Assembly: GCA_049975585.1 (NCBI GenBank)
Contig: JBNGEB010000003.1
Location: 1-43,692 of the forward strand
Source: Anaerolineae bacterium
GTDB lineage: Bacteria; Chloroflexota; Anaerolineae; UBA1429
Direction: 5' to 3'
Length of the DNA: 43,692 bases
The position numbers and the translations under genes are program-made. Of the stretch, positions 1 to 10,923 are shown piece by piece (within the stretch, counting starts at the first letter, position 1; the number at the start of each line of letters is the position of its first letter). The notes beneath the pieces were generated by a model. That model was not told where the DNA came from. It did no database searches and saw only the letters and a list, made by a program, of their open reading frames with translations.

Positions 1-931
<931 letters not shown>

Positions 932-940
932 GCGTCGGTT

Positions 941-978
941 GGAGCTCTCCTATCGGGATCGCTCGATAGGAGAGCTCC
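941..978. terminator. Perfect 15-bp hairpin between convergent genes
   Basis: GGAGCTCTCCTATCG (941-955) pairs with CGATAGGAGAGCTCC (964-978) around an 8-nt loop. No U-tract. Confidence 0.65.
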
Positions 979-997
979 CATCTCGTGTCCGTCCAGC

Positions 998-2149
998 CTA
1001 ATAGTCGCGCAGCTTGGCGAACTCGTCCAGCATGGCCATAAAGTTGTCATAGCGCGTGCCAATGGCGATGCTGTGCGTCGAGCCCAGCACAAAGCCGCCC
1101 CCCGGCTTGACCCGCTCCATAGCCAGGCGGACGTCCTGGCGCACCTCGTCGGGCGTACCGTCCACCAGGTGTTCCACCTGGACTCCACCCCAGACGGCTA
1201 GCTGGCCTCGCACGTACTCTTTTACCTTGGCGATCTCCATCGTGGCAGTGGTTTGAACCGATTGGTAGGCATCGACCCCTGCTTGGACAAAGCCATCGAG
1301 GATGCCCCAGTTGTTGCCGCAGGCGTGTTGGATGAAGAGCAGGCCGGCGTTGTGGGCTGCCTCCACGTTGGCCGCCAGAGGCGGATAGCAGAACCTCCGC
1401 CACATCTTGGGCGACATAAAGGTGCCGCTCTTGAACCCAAAGTCGGTGCCGTCCATTACGGCGTCGAACGGACGAGTTGGCCAATGAGCTTGCTGCACCG
1501 TTGCCTTGGCCATGCTCGATTGGACGGCTCGGTCCACCAGCTCCGGTCGCTCGGCCATCTCGTAGAGGGTGCGCTGCATCGTGCCGAGTTGCACCCACTC
1601 CGTCGCCAGTGGGTAGGGGCCAATGATAAAGCGCTCCTCGCCAAAGGCGTCGAGGACCGCATCTAGTAGCTCAAAGACCGAGGGATCAGGGGGCTCGTAG
1701 GTCCAATCGAGGGGATAGTCCTCTGGCGAGATCGGACGTGTCCATTCTTCCGGATCGTACACCAACGTGATGTCAGCCGTGATCTCAGAGTACTTGAGCA
1801 CGCGTCCGTCGTCGTACTCCCAGGTAACGTCGTCGATCTTGCGCGGCGCTTCGGGTTGGTAGCCCCTTGGGGGCACCAGCCCGAGCGTCATGGCGCAGAG
1901 GTTGATGATGTCATAGCAATCGAGCTTGCGGAATAGCGTGATGGTATCCTCGATGAGGTTCTGAACGACCTCGTCGCGGCGTCCTTCCCAGAGGGCGATC
2001 TGGGAGCGAGCCTTGGCTCGCACATAGGTCGGATGGCCGACGATGCGCGAGACGGTGTCCGCATCGATGGAAAAGTCTCCCAGGGGTACCTTGTCAGGGA
2101 TGCCACCCTGCAGCGCCGTTCGGGCGCGCTCCTTCGATGTCATGGTCAT
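998..2149 (-). CDS. Uroporphyrinogen decarboxylase (URO-D/MtaA-like) family protein
   Basis: MTSKERARTAL..GIPDKVP N-terminus, DFGFKSGTFMSPKMWR, HACGN, WGGV, GGGFVLGSTHSI. AGGAG RBS. Confidence 0.85.
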   Translation of the reverse strand: MTMTSKERARTALQGGIPDKVPLGDFSIDADTVSRIVGHPTYVRAKARSQIALWEGRRDEVVQNLIEDTITLFRKLDCYDIINLCAMTLGLVPPRGYQPEAPRKIDDVTWEYDDGRVLKYSEITADITLVYDPEEWTRPISPEDYPLDWTYEPPDPSVFELLDAVLDAFGEERFIIGPYPLATEWVQLGTMQRTLYEMAERPELVDRAVQSSMAKATVQQAHWPTRPFDAVMDGTDFGFKSGTFMSPKMWRRFCYPPLAANVEAAHNAGLLFIQHACGNNWGILDGFVQAGVDAYQSVQTTATMEIAKVKEYVRGQLAVWGGVQVEHLVDGTPDEVRQDVRLAMERVKPGGGFVLGSTHSIAIGTRYDNFMAMLDEFAKLRDY

Positions 2150-2162
2150 GGGTTGCGTCTCC

Positions 2163-3986
2163 TCATGCGTTCGTCTCCTTCTCGCGCGTCAGCGACTCGA
2201 GGCGGTCGATGAGCCCCTGCAAGTGGGCAAAGGCGCGGTCGATAGGCTCTGGCGTGGTCAGGTCGACGCCCGCGGCGCTGACGGCGTCCAGCGGGAATAC
2301 CGACGATCCCACGCTCAGGAACTCTAGGTAGCTTTCGACTGCGCCAGGCGTTTCGCTCAGGATGCGATCCGCCAGCGCCTGCGCTCCCGCGATGCCCGTG
2401 GTGTATTGATAGACATAAAAGTTCATGTAGAGGTGGGTATGGAACTGGGCCCAGGTGATGCCCACGCGATCGCGGTCCATTTCGACCTCACTGCCGAAAG
2501 CCTCGGCAAAGAGGTCGGCCGTCATGGAGATGAGATCATCGGCTGTGAGCGCCTGGCCACGCTCAATGCGTTCGTGCATGGCTAGCTCCAACCGCGCCAG
2601 CGTCGGCATCAGGAAAAAGTAACGATGGTAGTTGGACAGCGCCTCCTCGATCAGGGCGATCTGGAGGTTCCTGTCGTCGGCGCTGGATAGGAGGTGATCG
2701 CGCACCAGTGCCTGGTTCAGGTTAGAGGCGATCTCTGCCATAAAGATGCCATAGCGGGCATAGACAGGTGGCTGCGTCTCCCAGGTCATGAGCGAGTGCA
2801 TCGAGTGGCCTAGCTCGTGGGCCAAGGTGCTCAACCCATAGACGTCGTTGTTAAAGTTCATCAGGATCAGGGGGATGGTTCCCTGGGTGCCGCTAGAATA
2901 TGCGCCCGCTTTCTTGCCGATATTAGGGTACACGTCCACCCATCGCTCCTCGAGGACGCCGCGACGCAGACGCGCGACATACTCCTCACCGAGAGGGGCT
3001 AGCCCGTCACAGATCCAGTCGACGGCCTGCTCGAAGGTGATGGTGGGCTGCTCCGTGAGGAGGGGGGCCTTGGCGTCGTAAGGGTGCAGGGTCTCGTACC
3101 CTAGCAGATCGCGCTTCAAGGCCCAGTAGCGGTGCCACACGGGAAGATTGCGTCGGAACGCCTCGACCGTGTTGTGGTACACGGCTACCGGGATATGGTT
3201 GTTCTCTAGCGACGCCTCCAGCGCCGAGCCATAGCGGCGAGCGTGGGCATAGAACACGTTGTGCTTGACCCCTGTCGCCAAGCAGGCGGCCATGGTGTTC
3301 TTGAGCGCAAGATGGGCGTCGGCATAGCTCTCGTAGGCGGTCCGTCGCAGCTCGCGGTCGGGACTGGTCAGAAGAGCGTCGATGGTCCCTTGGGTGACGG
3401 GCCTTTCCTCGGCCGCGGGCAGCGAGGTGCGCGCAGGGCGGAAGGTCAGCTCGGCGTTGGCGAGCAGCCCGTGGATGTTCTCGGCGCTCCGGAAGGGGTC
3501 CATCAAGGCGCCTAGCAGCTCCTCCACTTCGGGGGAGCGGACGTGGGGCGCCATCCGCGCGAGCACCTCCACATAGTGGGCAAGGTGGGACAGGCGCAGT
3601 TCCTCACCGACCCACTCGCGGAGCGTGGGGATGCCAATGGCCAGCAGCTCGGGTTCGACGAAGGCCAGCATGGTCATGGCGCGTCCTGCCAGGCCAAGGA
3701 CGCGATCGTGGGCCGCCGCTGCCGCCTGGTCGGTCGTGTCGGCGTCGCGTCGGCAGTGCGCGTAGGCAAAGAGCTTGAACAGACGCATGCGAAGGCTGTC
3801 CAACGTCTCAAAGGCGTCGGCCAGCGTCGATGGGCCTTCGCTGAGGCGTCCTTGGTAGGCGGCAGCGGCCGGTAGGGCATCGCTCACCGCCTGGAGCTCC
3901 TCTTCGAACGCATCGGCATCAGCAAAGATGCTCTCGGTGTTCCAGAGGTATCGGGGATCCATCTCGGAGCGTTTTCTGGGGGCCAT
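2163..3986 (-). CDS. pepF: Oligoendopeptidase F (M3B); start corrected to ATG 3986
   Basis: HELGHSMH zinc motif, GKKAGAYS, FMAEIAS, FYVYQY. AAGGAG RBS before ATG 3986. Confidence 0.93.
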   Translation of the reverse strand: MAPRKRSEMDPRYLWNTESIFADADAFEEELQAVSDALPAAAAYQGRLSEGPSTLADAFETLDSLRMRLFKLFAYAHCRRDADTTDQAAAAAHDRVLGLAGRAMTMLAFVEPELLAIGIPTLREWVGEELRLSHLAHYVEVLARMAPHVRSPEVEELLGALMDPFRSAENIHGLLANAELTFRPARTSLPAAEERPVTQGTIDALLTSPDRELRRTAYESYADAHLALKNTMAACLATGVKHNVFYAHARRYGSALEASLENNHIPVAVYHNTVEAFRRNLPVWHRYWALKRDLLGYETLHPYDAKAPLLTEQPTITFEQAVDWICDGLAPLGEEYVARLRRGVLEERWVDVYPNIGKKAGAYSSGTQGTIPLILMNFNNDVYGLSTLAHELGHSMHSLMTWETQPPVYARYGIFMAEIASNLNQALVRDHLLSSADDRNLQIALIEEALSNYHRYFFLMPTLARLELAMHERIERGQALTADDLISMTADLFAEAFGSEVEMDRDRVGITWAQFHTHLYMNFYVYQYTTGIAGAQALADRILSETPGAVESYLEFLSVGSSVFPLDAVSAAGVDLTTPEPIDRAFAHLQGLIDRLESLTREKETNA

Positions 3987-4038
3987 GATCGTGCGTCTCC
4001 TTGCGTATTGTGTGAACGTTGAGATCGACAGGATGGGA

Positions 4039-5337
4039 CTACGTGATGTGACCGACAATGCGCAGCGGGTTGTCGATCAGGATAGCGTGCCCGAGTTCAA
4101 GGGCATCGTCCATGGAGAAGGGCGTCATGTTGGGATGAACAAGGCTGCGCTCCATCCGATCCGCCAGCGCGGAAGCCAGCTCGAACTTGAACATGCGGAA
4201 CTTGGGCAGGATGAACTCTAGATAGTATGCATCGGAAAAGTAGCCGATGAGCTTGGAGGATGGCACGGTGTCCAAGCGGCGGCGCAGCTCGCGGCCGATC
4301 TCGGTGGGCTGATTGGCATACCACCAGTGGCCCGAGGGGTACACGTTGTGCCGAATCCAGGCAGAAGCGACCAGCTCCAAACCAGTGGTATCGGCGAGCA
4401 CGGCGGTGGGGAATCGTACGTCGGCGTAGGTGTTGAGCAGCCAATCATAGCCGCGCATCGAGTTGGCCGAGTCAAACAGGTCGGTGCCCGAGGGCACGCC
4501 ATGGGCGTACACGTTGCGGTTGACGCCAATCATCAGGTGGAAGGGCCGTTTATGGGCCCGGCAGGCGTCGGCGACCCGCGCGAGAGCATAGGCGGCCCAT
4601 GCCTCGCGGTCGGCGGACGTGAGGGCATTGCCTTCGATAGCGCTGCTCAGGATCCGCTCGGCATCCTCCTCGCTGACGGCGAACGTTCGCAGTCCCGCTG
4701 GGCTAGAGATGGCGGCATAGCCCATGTCGTGCTCCATAAAGCGGCGGAACGTGCGATCGATGAGCTCTTTCACGTCCGAGGGCTCGCGGATGGGTCGGCC
4801 CAGGACATCGCTCATGTGCTCGCGGGCGTCAGGGTTGAGGATGTCCAACACGAACGACTCGACGCGCAAACAGGGCGTAAAAAAGCTGGTGTCGAGTCCC
4901 TCCAGATCATCGTCGTACTGGTTGGTGAGGTACACGCGCTGGATGTTGGCTTGGCTGGCGACTTTAGCAAACCACGCGTCGTCGCCCATGATCTCGGCGG
5001 AGCGCGCCAAGATGGCATCGGCGTGGTGTGGCTCCCACTCCCAAGGCTCGATGCCCAAGAATTCCTGCGAGATCGCCATGAGCCAGTCGTATTGGACCGT
5101 ATGGCGGATGTGGGGCAGCTTCTCCACGATGATGCGCGTGAGCGCCTTGGGATCATCGAAAGGGAACGATCCGTGCTGGAAGGCCGCCGAGTTGACGAGT
5201 TCCGTGTAATAGTGGTAGCTGAGGATATCGCCGATATGACGTGCCGTGGGCGCCTTCCAGTCCACGTGGGTATGGATATCGACGATGGGGATCATGTCGA
5301 GTTGCTCATAGAGCTCGCTGACGAGGATGGTGTTCAT
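4039..5337 (-). CDS. Glucuronate isomerase-like amidohydrolase-superfamily protein
   Basis: DIHTH metal motif, HYYTEL, HLMIGVNR, GHWWY, GYFSDAY..E..PKF resemble UxaC-type enzymes. Confidence 0.75.
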   Translation of the reverse strand: MNTILVSELYEQLDMIPIVDIHTHVDWKAPTARHIGDILSYHYYTELVNSAAFQHGSFPFDDPKALTRIIVEKLPHIRHTVQYDWLMAISQEFLGIEPWEWEPHHADAILARSAEIMGDDAWFAKVASQANIQRVYLTNQYDDDLEGLDTSFFTPCLRVESFVLDILNPDAREHMSDVLGRPIREPSDVKELIDRTFRRFMEHDMGYAAISSPAGLRTFAVSEEDAERILSSAIEGNALTSADREAWAAYALARVADACRAHKRPFHLMIGVNRNVYAHGVPSGTDLFDSANSMRGYDWLLNTYADVRFPTAVLADTTGLELVASAWIRHNVYPSGHWWYANQPTEIGRELRRRLDTVPSSKLIGYFSDAYYLEFILPKFRMFKFELASALADRMERSLVHPNMTPFSMDDALELGHAILIDNPLRIVGHIT

Positions 5338-5387
5338 TCGTGGCTCCTGTGATTTGCCTACAAGCTTTGCGCTATGATTCGCTAGCC

Positions 5388-5416
5388 ATTATGCCGCTTG
5401 GCGCTGAGAGAGGCAA
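5388..5416 (-). promoter_or_regulatory. sigma70-type promoter for the uxaC-like/pepF/URO-D run
   Basis: TTGCCT-17 bp-CATAAT on the minus strand. Confidence 0.5.
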
Positions 5417-5437
5417 GAGAAGCACGAGAGAAGCCCG

Positions 5438-5466
5438 TTGACATCCCCATAGGCTGCCCCTAGAAT
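5438..5466 (+). promoter_or_regulatory. sigma70-type promoter
   Basis: TTGACA-17 bp-TAGAAT. Confidence 0.8.
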
Positions 5467-5513
5467 CGGTGCTTGTTGGCATATTGGGTAGATCGCGTCA
5501 AGGGGGCGGATCC

Positions 5514-6851
5514 ATGCGCGTTGCGGTTGTAGGCGGTGGCATCACGGGTATGAGCGCGTGCGATGTGCTCTCGCGACATGGGATAGCGTGTGACCTCTAT
5601 GAGAAGGACGCGACGCTCGGAGGTCTGGCTGGATCGTTCGAGGTCAATGGTTCCCGACTGGAGCGTTTCTACCATCATCTGTTTACCAGCGATGTCGCCA
5701 TGGCGGAGCTCATCGCTTCGCTGGGCCTCGACGGCGACCTGGAATGGCTGCCTACGAGCAACGCCTACTTTGCGGGGCGCACGTACCGCCTCAGCACGCC
5801 TCTGGATCTGCTGCGCTTCACGCGACTGTCCCTGGTGGATCGCATTCGGCTAGGGCTGCTGTATCTGCGGACCGGTCTTGTCCGCGACTGGCATCCGCTA
5901 GAGGAGATCACGGCACGGGATTGGCTCGTCGAGATGGCGGGAGAGGAGGTCTGGCATGCCGTCTGGGAGCCGCTCCTGCGCGGCAAGTTCGGCCGGTATG
6001 CCGACGACGTGGCGGCCGTGTGGATCTGGAACAAGCTCAAGCTGCGTGGTGGTTCGCGCGGCAAGGGCCAGGAGGAGCGCCTGGGCTATCTCCGGGGCGG
6101 GTTTGGGCGGGCGCTGGAGGTTTGGGAGCAGCGACTGCGCGAGCAGGGCGTGACCATTCGTACGAAGGCCGAGGTCGCGCGCATCGAGATCGTCGAGGGG
6201 CGGGCCGTGGCTCTTCGGGTTGCTGACGAGCGGCACGCCTACGATCAGATCATCGTCACGACAGCCCCGTCTTTGCTGACAGAGATGGCTCCAGGGCTGC
6301 CGCCGGCTTACCGACAGCGTCTGCAGCGCATCCACTACCTAGGCAACGTCTGCCTGGTGCTCAAGCTGGACCGAAGCCTCTCGGATACCTACTGGCTCAA
6401 CGTGGGCGACCCATCGATCCCCTTTACCGGCGTTATCGAACACACCAACATGCAGCGCCCTGAGGACTATGGCGGGGCGCATCTGGCCTACTTGTCGCGG
6501 TACCTGGATGTGGCCGACCCGGCCTACGAGATGACGGCCGATGCGCTGTTGGCGTCCTACGAGCCCTATCTGCAGCGCATGTTCCCTGGGTTTTCGCGCG
6601 ACTGGGTCCAAGCATGTTGGGCATGGCGGGAACCCTATGCGCAACCCGTCATCGGTCTGCACTACTCCCAGTTGCGGCCAGAGCTCAAGACGCCAGTGGG
6701 CAATCTCTGGCTATCGTCCATGGCACAGGTCTATCCCGAGGACCGTGGCATGAACTATGCCGTGGTGTGGGGACAGAAGGTGGCGCAGGCGCTACTCGAA
6801 GAGATGGGCGTGGCGCCAAGGAGCGGGGAGGTGAACTATGACCGGTCGTGA
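5514..6851 (+). CDS. FAD-dependent oxidoreductase (amine oxidase/protoporphyrinogen oxidase-like); start ATG 5514
   Basis: MRVAVVGGGITG, GGLAGS, ERFYHHLF, LGYLRGGF, YPEDRGMNYAV. Confidence 0.85.
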   Translation: MRVAVVGGGITGMSACDVLSRHGIACDLYEKDATLGGLAGSFEVNGSRLERFYHHLFTSDVAMAELIASLGLDGDLEWLPTSNAYFAGRTYRLSTPLDLLRFTRLSLVDRIRLGLLYLRTGLVRDWHPLEEITARDWLVEMAGEEVWHAVWEPLLRGKFGRYADDVAAVWIWNKLKLRGGSRGKGQEERLGYLRGGFGRALEVWEQRLREQGVTIRTKAEVARIEIVEGRAVALRVADERHAYDQIIVTTAPSLLTEMAPGLPPAYRQRLQRIHYLGNVCLVLKLDRSLSDTYWLNVGDPSIPFTGVIEHTNMQRPEDYGGAHLAYLSRYLDVADPAYEMTADALLASYEPYLQRMFPGFSRDWVQACWAWREPYAQPVIGLHYSQLRPELKTPVGNLWLSSMAQVYPEDRGMNYAVVWGQKVAQALLEEMGVAPRSGEVNYDRS

Positions 6852-7779
6852 AGGTGTATCGGACGTGGCCATGATGTGGGGGTTGCTCTTGCATCTGGGT
6901 TACAACATGTGGAGCGATCGGGAAGTGTCTGGGGTCGTCGAGCATATTACGGCGCGACCGTATCTGCGGTGTGACCGCGGCCTATGGGAGGGCCTGACGG
7001 AGAGGGCGGTAGCCGCGGGCATCAACACCTTGGTCATCGATTTAGGCGAGGGCGTCCGCTACGACAGCCATCCAGAACTTGCCGTGGAGGGCTCCTGGTC
7101 TCCCGATGAGCTGCGAGTCGAGCTGTCGCGGCTGCGCGGGATGGGCCTCGAGCCGATCCCAAAGCTGAACTTTTCCGCGACGCACGATGTCTGGCTAGGC
7201 GAGTACAGCCGCTCTGTGTCCACGCCGCGCTACTATGAGGTGTGCCGCGATCTGATCCGGGAGGTAACGGACCTCTTTGACGGACCACGGTTCTTCCACC
7301 TCGGGATGGATGAGGAAACCTGGCAACACCAGCGCGATTATGCCTACGTGGTGGTGCGTCAGCACGAGCTCTGGTGGCACGATCTGGCGTACCTTGTGGA
7401 CTCGGTGGAGGAGCAAGGCGCGCGGGCCTGGGTCTGGTCGGACTATGCCTGGAACCACGACGATTACTATGAGCGCATGCCACGCTCGGTGCTCCAAAGC
7501 AACTGGTACTATGGCACTGCGTTCGATCCTCCGTGCAACGAGGTGGCCACCTACCAGCGCCTGGCTGAGGCCAGTTACGATCAGGTGCCCACGGGCAGTA
7601 ACTGGTCGACGCCCGAGAACATGCGTCTGACGGTGGCATATGCTCGCGAGCATTTGCCTGCCGAGACGCTGCGAGGCTTTTTGATGACCCCTTGGAAGCC
7701 GACCTTGCCTGGCGAGCGTTCTCGCCATGAGCAGGCCATCGCGTTGATGGCGCAGGCCAAAACGCTCTGGGAGAGCTAG
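6838..7779 (+). CDS. GH20-like TIM-barrel protein, putative glycoside hydrolase
   Basis: GINTLVIDL, Y.SHPEL, PIPKLNFS..H, FHLGMDEE (cf. GH20 HxGxDE). GGAGGT RBS; overlaps the upstream gene. Confidence 0.6.
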   Translation: MTGREGVSDVAMMWGLLLHLGYNMWSDREVSGVVEHITARPYLRCDRGLWEGLTERAVAAGINTLVIDLGEGVRYDSHPELAVEGSWSPDELRVELSRLRGMGLEPIPKLNFSATHDVWLGEYSRSVSTPRYYEVCRDLIREVTDLFDGPRFFHLGMDEETWQHQRDYAYVVVRQHELWWHDLAYLVDSVEEQGARAWVWSDYAWNHDDYYERMPRSVLQSNWYYGTAFDPPCNEVATYQRLAEASYDQVPTGSNWSTPENMRLTVAYAREHLPAETLRGFLMTPWKPTLPGERSRHEQAIALMAQAKTLWES

Positions 7780-7790
7780 TCGCGCGACAG

Positions 7791-7826
7791 CACGAGGGCC
7801 AGCCGTGCAAATGGCCGGCCCTCGTG
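7791..7826. terminator. Hairpin between convergent genes
   Basis: CACGAGGGCC / GGCCCTCGTG outer stem, with an inner stem closing a GCAA loop. Confidence 0.6.
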
Positions 7827-7838
7827 TCGTTTCGATGT

Positions 7839-9446
7839 CTAGGCAAGGGGGGGCTCTTGATAGCCCGGCAGCGTGGGCAATGAGACCATGCGTACGCGCT
7901 GGACGTTGGGCACCTCAACGACCTGCTCCATGATAGCCTCGTCGGCAGGGTCGTCTAGCCCGAGGATCATGATGGAAGGCCCGCCCCGATGAACGCGGCT
8001 CATCTGCACGAACGAGATGTTGATGTCGCGTTCGCCCAAGATGAGGCCCATCCGCCCGACGATGCCCGGTCGGTCATGGTGGAGGTCCACCAGCATATGT
8101 CCCTGGAGCACACAATCGAGCCGCTGGCCATCTAGGGCGACCAGATGGGGCTCGTCCTGGACCATGGTCCCCGAGATGTTCTGGTCCGAGTCAGCCTTGG
8201 GGTAGCGGGCCGTGATCAGGTTTCCGGCGATGCGCGTGTGTCCCCTACGCACCTCGGACGTCACCAGACCGCGCTCCGCTGCTAGCCGCTGCACGTTGAC
8301 GATGTTCACCGGCTCGCTGTATGCAGGCGCAAGCAGGCCGGCCAGAAACGCGGACGTCAACACCTGCGTATCGTACTCGCAAAGGTCCCCATCATAGATG
8401 AGCTCGACGGTGTCGCTCAACTCGCCTCGCCATTGCACGAACAGGCTGCCGAGGCGCTCCGCGAGATCGATGTATGGCGCTAAAAAGTCGGCGGCCTGAG
8501 GCGGCAGGTAAGGGACGTTGACGGGGTTGGCCGGCATGCGGCCCTCGAGGACGTCCTTGACGGACAGCGCCACGTCTCTGGCGACGTTCTCCTGGGCCTC
8601 GTTGGTGGAAGCGCCCACGTGTGGCGTCGCAATGACGTTGGGCAGCCCAACCAGGGGATGCTCGGTGGCCGGCTCTTGCTCAAAGACGTCCAGGGCGGCC
8701 CCCGCGATGCGCCCCTCGCGCAGAGCCGTTTCTAAGGCGGCTTCATCCACGATGCCACCACGGGCGCAGTTGATCACGTACGCTGTCGGCTTGAGCAGCG
8801 CCAGCTTTGCCGCATCCACCAGCCCTTTGGTCTGTGGGGTTAGGGGCGTGTGTACCGATACGAAATCGGCCTCGGCCAGCAGCGCATCCAGCGATACCAG
8901 CTCTACACCGCTGGAGGCCGCTCGCTCTGGAGAGGCGTAGGGGTCGTGTGCGATGACGCGCATGTCCAAGCCTTTGGCCTTGGAGGCGACCAGCGATCCG
9001 ATGCGTCCCAAGCCAATGAGGCCCAGGGTCTTGCCCAGCACCTCGTGCCCCTGAAGCGAGCTCTTTTCCCAGCGCCCCTGTTTGAGCGAGTTGACGGCCG
9101 GGTGGATGCGGCGGGCGAGGGCCAGCATCAGAGCGATGGTGTGCTCGGCCACCGCGTTGCTATTGCCTGTGGGGGCGTTCACCACAAAGACGCCGTGTTT
9201 GGTGGCCGCATCGAGGTCAATGTTATCGACGCCGGTACCAGCGCGCCCCACGACCTTGAGGTTGCTACCAGCTTTGAGAACATCGGCAGTCACCTTGGTG
9301 CGGCTTCGGACGATCAGCGCCTCGTAGGCTGGAATCATCTCGATCAGGGCTTCCGGCGATGGGTTCTTGATGACGTCCAGTTGGCCGCACTCGGCCAGGA
9401 TATCAAGTCCCGCTTCCCCTATGGTCTCTGTGACCAGGATGCGCAT
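7839..9446 (-). CDS. serA: D-3-phosphoglycerate dehydrogenase, long type with C-terminal ACT domain
   Basis: GRAGTGVDNID, GLGRIG, INCARGG, LDVFEQEP, TPHVGAST, ACT motif HHDRPGIVG. Confidence 0.95.
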   Translation of the reverse strand: MRILVTETIGEAGLDILAECGQLDVIKNPSPEALIEMIPAYEALIVRSRTKVTADVLKAGSNLKVVGRAGTGVDNIDLDAATKHGVFVVNAPTGNSNAVAEHTIALMLALARRIHPAVNSLKQGRWEKSSLQGHEVLGKTLGLIGLGRIGSLVASKAKGLDMRVIAHDPYASPERAASSGVELVSLDALLAEADFVSVHTPLTPQTKGLVDAAKLALLKPTAYVINCARGGIVDEAALETALREGRIAGAALDVFEQEPATEHPLVGLPNVIATPHVGASTNEAQENVARDVALSVKDVLEGRMPANPVNVPYLPPQAADFLAPYIDLAERLGSLFVQWRGELSDTVELIYDGDLCEYDTQVLTSAFLAGLLAPAYSEPVNIVNVQRLAAERGLVTSEVRRGHTRIAGNLITARYPKADSDQNISGTMVQDEPHLVALDGQRLDCVLQGHMLVDLHHDRPGIVGRMGLILGERDINISFVQMSRVHRGGPSIMILGLDDPADEAIMEQVVEVPNVQRVRMVSLPTLPGYQEPPLA

Positions 9447-9488
9447 CGATGTCTCCTCTCCTCTGCAAAGGGGGTGCGCTGGTAGGCT

Positions 9489-10769
9489 CTAGTCCACCAG
9501 CGGGTTCATCACAAGTCCAGTGAGCAGTTTGGGATAGAAGTAGGTGCTCTTCTGGGGCATGGTGACGCCTGCTATGGCGACTCGCCAGACCTGCTCGGTA
9601 GCCGTGGGGCCGAGAAGAAAGGCGGCTGCCGCTTGCCCCTCGGCGACGGCTGCACAGGCCTCTTTGGGGTGAATGGTATAGCGAACGGCATCGCCATGCG
9701 TGAGGTCTTCCGAAGAGATGCCGAGATGAGGGGCCAGCACCAGGTTCTGCAGGACGCATACATCAAGTTCGGCTAGCTCTTTGGGCTGACCGGCTGGGAT
9801 GGCGCTGTGGGCCATCCTGCGGTCGCGTAGTGTGAGCGTCCACGCGCCTGAGGGCAATCGCATGCCGAGGGTGAGCTCGCCATTGTGCCGCGCCGCGATG
9901 GCCGATGGCAGGTCCTCGTCGCGCGTCACGGGGCGTAGCTCGAACGAGCTGGCCAGGGCGGCGCGTAGTTGATCGTCGCCTACCGGTAGCGGTGTGGTGA
10001 CGATGCGATGCGTCGGCAGGATCACTAGGCCGGGGCTCTCTGCCGCCGTCAGGTACATGAACACATAGTTGTGGGCTCCGGCCCAGTTGCCCGCGGGACG
10101 TTGTCGGCGCACCTCATCGCGGTAGGCCAACGCGGTCTCGTAGCGATGGTGGCCATCGGCGATGACGATATCGCGGCTACGAAGGAAGGTAGCTGCTTGG
10201 TCCAGGATCTGCCTATCCGTGATCTTCCAACACGTGTGACGGACGTCGTCAGCATCGGTGGTGGTGATGGCATCGGCGGGTGCCACGCCGAGTAGGTTCT
10301 CGAGGGTGCCCTCCGCATCTCGATAGAGCCCAAATACCGGGCTCTCTTGTGCGTGTAACGATCTCATGAGACGCAATCGGTCAGCCTTGGGGCCACTATG
10401 CGTTCTCTCGTGGGGATGGATGCCCTCTCCCCATGGCACGAGACGTACGCGCGCGAAAAGGCCGCGTCGCACGAGGGGGGTGCCTTGAGGGCCATCGAAA
10501 GCTTGCTCATACGCGTATAGAGCCGGGGTTTGATCGCGCAGGAGGATGCCCTGGGCTCGCCACTTGCTGAGGCGTTGGGCTGCCTCCTCGTACCAGTGCT
10601 CAGGAGCATTCTTGGGGCCCAGCGTCACGTGTACCACGTTGTAGGGGCTGCTCGCGAGGAGACGCTCCCGCTCTGCAGTATCGATGACGTCGTACGGTGG
10701 CGAGTAGACGGGCTGATGACGCAGCTTGGGCGCGTACCGCAGCCCGCGAAATGGAGTGACCTCGACCAT
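9489..10769 (-). CDS. DUF1015 family protein
   Basis: PFRGLRY, SPPYDVI, HPHERT, IADGHHRYETAL, MPQKSTYFYPKLLTGL. Confidence 0.92.
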   Translation of the reverse strand: MVEVTPFRGLRYAPKLRHQPVYSPPYDVIDTAERERLLASSPYNVVHVTLGPKNAPEHWYEEAAQRLSKWRAQGILLRDQTPALYAYEQAFDGPQGTPLVRRGLFARVRLVPWGEGIHPHERTHSGPKADRLRLMRSLHAQESPVFGLYRDAEGTLENLLGVAPADAITTTDADDVRHTCWKITDRQILDQAATFLRSRDIVIADGHHRYETALAYRDEVRRQRPAGNWAGAHNYVFMYLTAAESPGLVILPTHRIVTTPLPVGDDQLRAALASSFELRPVTRDEDLPSAIAARHNGELTLGMRLPSGAWTLTLRDRRMAHSAIPAGQPKELAELDVCVLQNLVLAPHLGISSEDLTHGDAVRYTIHPKEACAAVAEGQAAAAFLLGPTATEQVWRVAIAGVTMPQKSTYFYPKLLTGLVMNPLVD

Positions 10770-10794
10770 CTACCTACGAATCCTCCCCATAGCC

Positions 10795-10823
10795 AAAAAG
10801 CCAGCGCCCGTATGGGTGCTGGC
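10795..10823 (-). terminator. Intrinsic terminator inside the DUF1015-serA 5' leader
   Basis: Minus-strand GCCAGCACCC-AUAC-GGGCGCUGGC-UUUUU (one mismatch), about 25 nt before the start codon. Confidence 0.7.
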
Positions 10824-10923
10824 GTGTGTTCGTCGATCCTTGTACGCCAGCGAGGACGCCGAGAAACGCGGTGGCGTACAATGCCTTGGTGGCGCCCCGT
10901 GGCCCGATTCCGCATGTGTGCCG

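Noticed and set aside
10770-10920. T-box or Ser leader-peptide attenuator before serA
   Set aside because: No T-box sequence or specifier stem on the transcribed strand. The AUG at 10915 opens an Arg-rich frame with no Ser run and no nearby stop.
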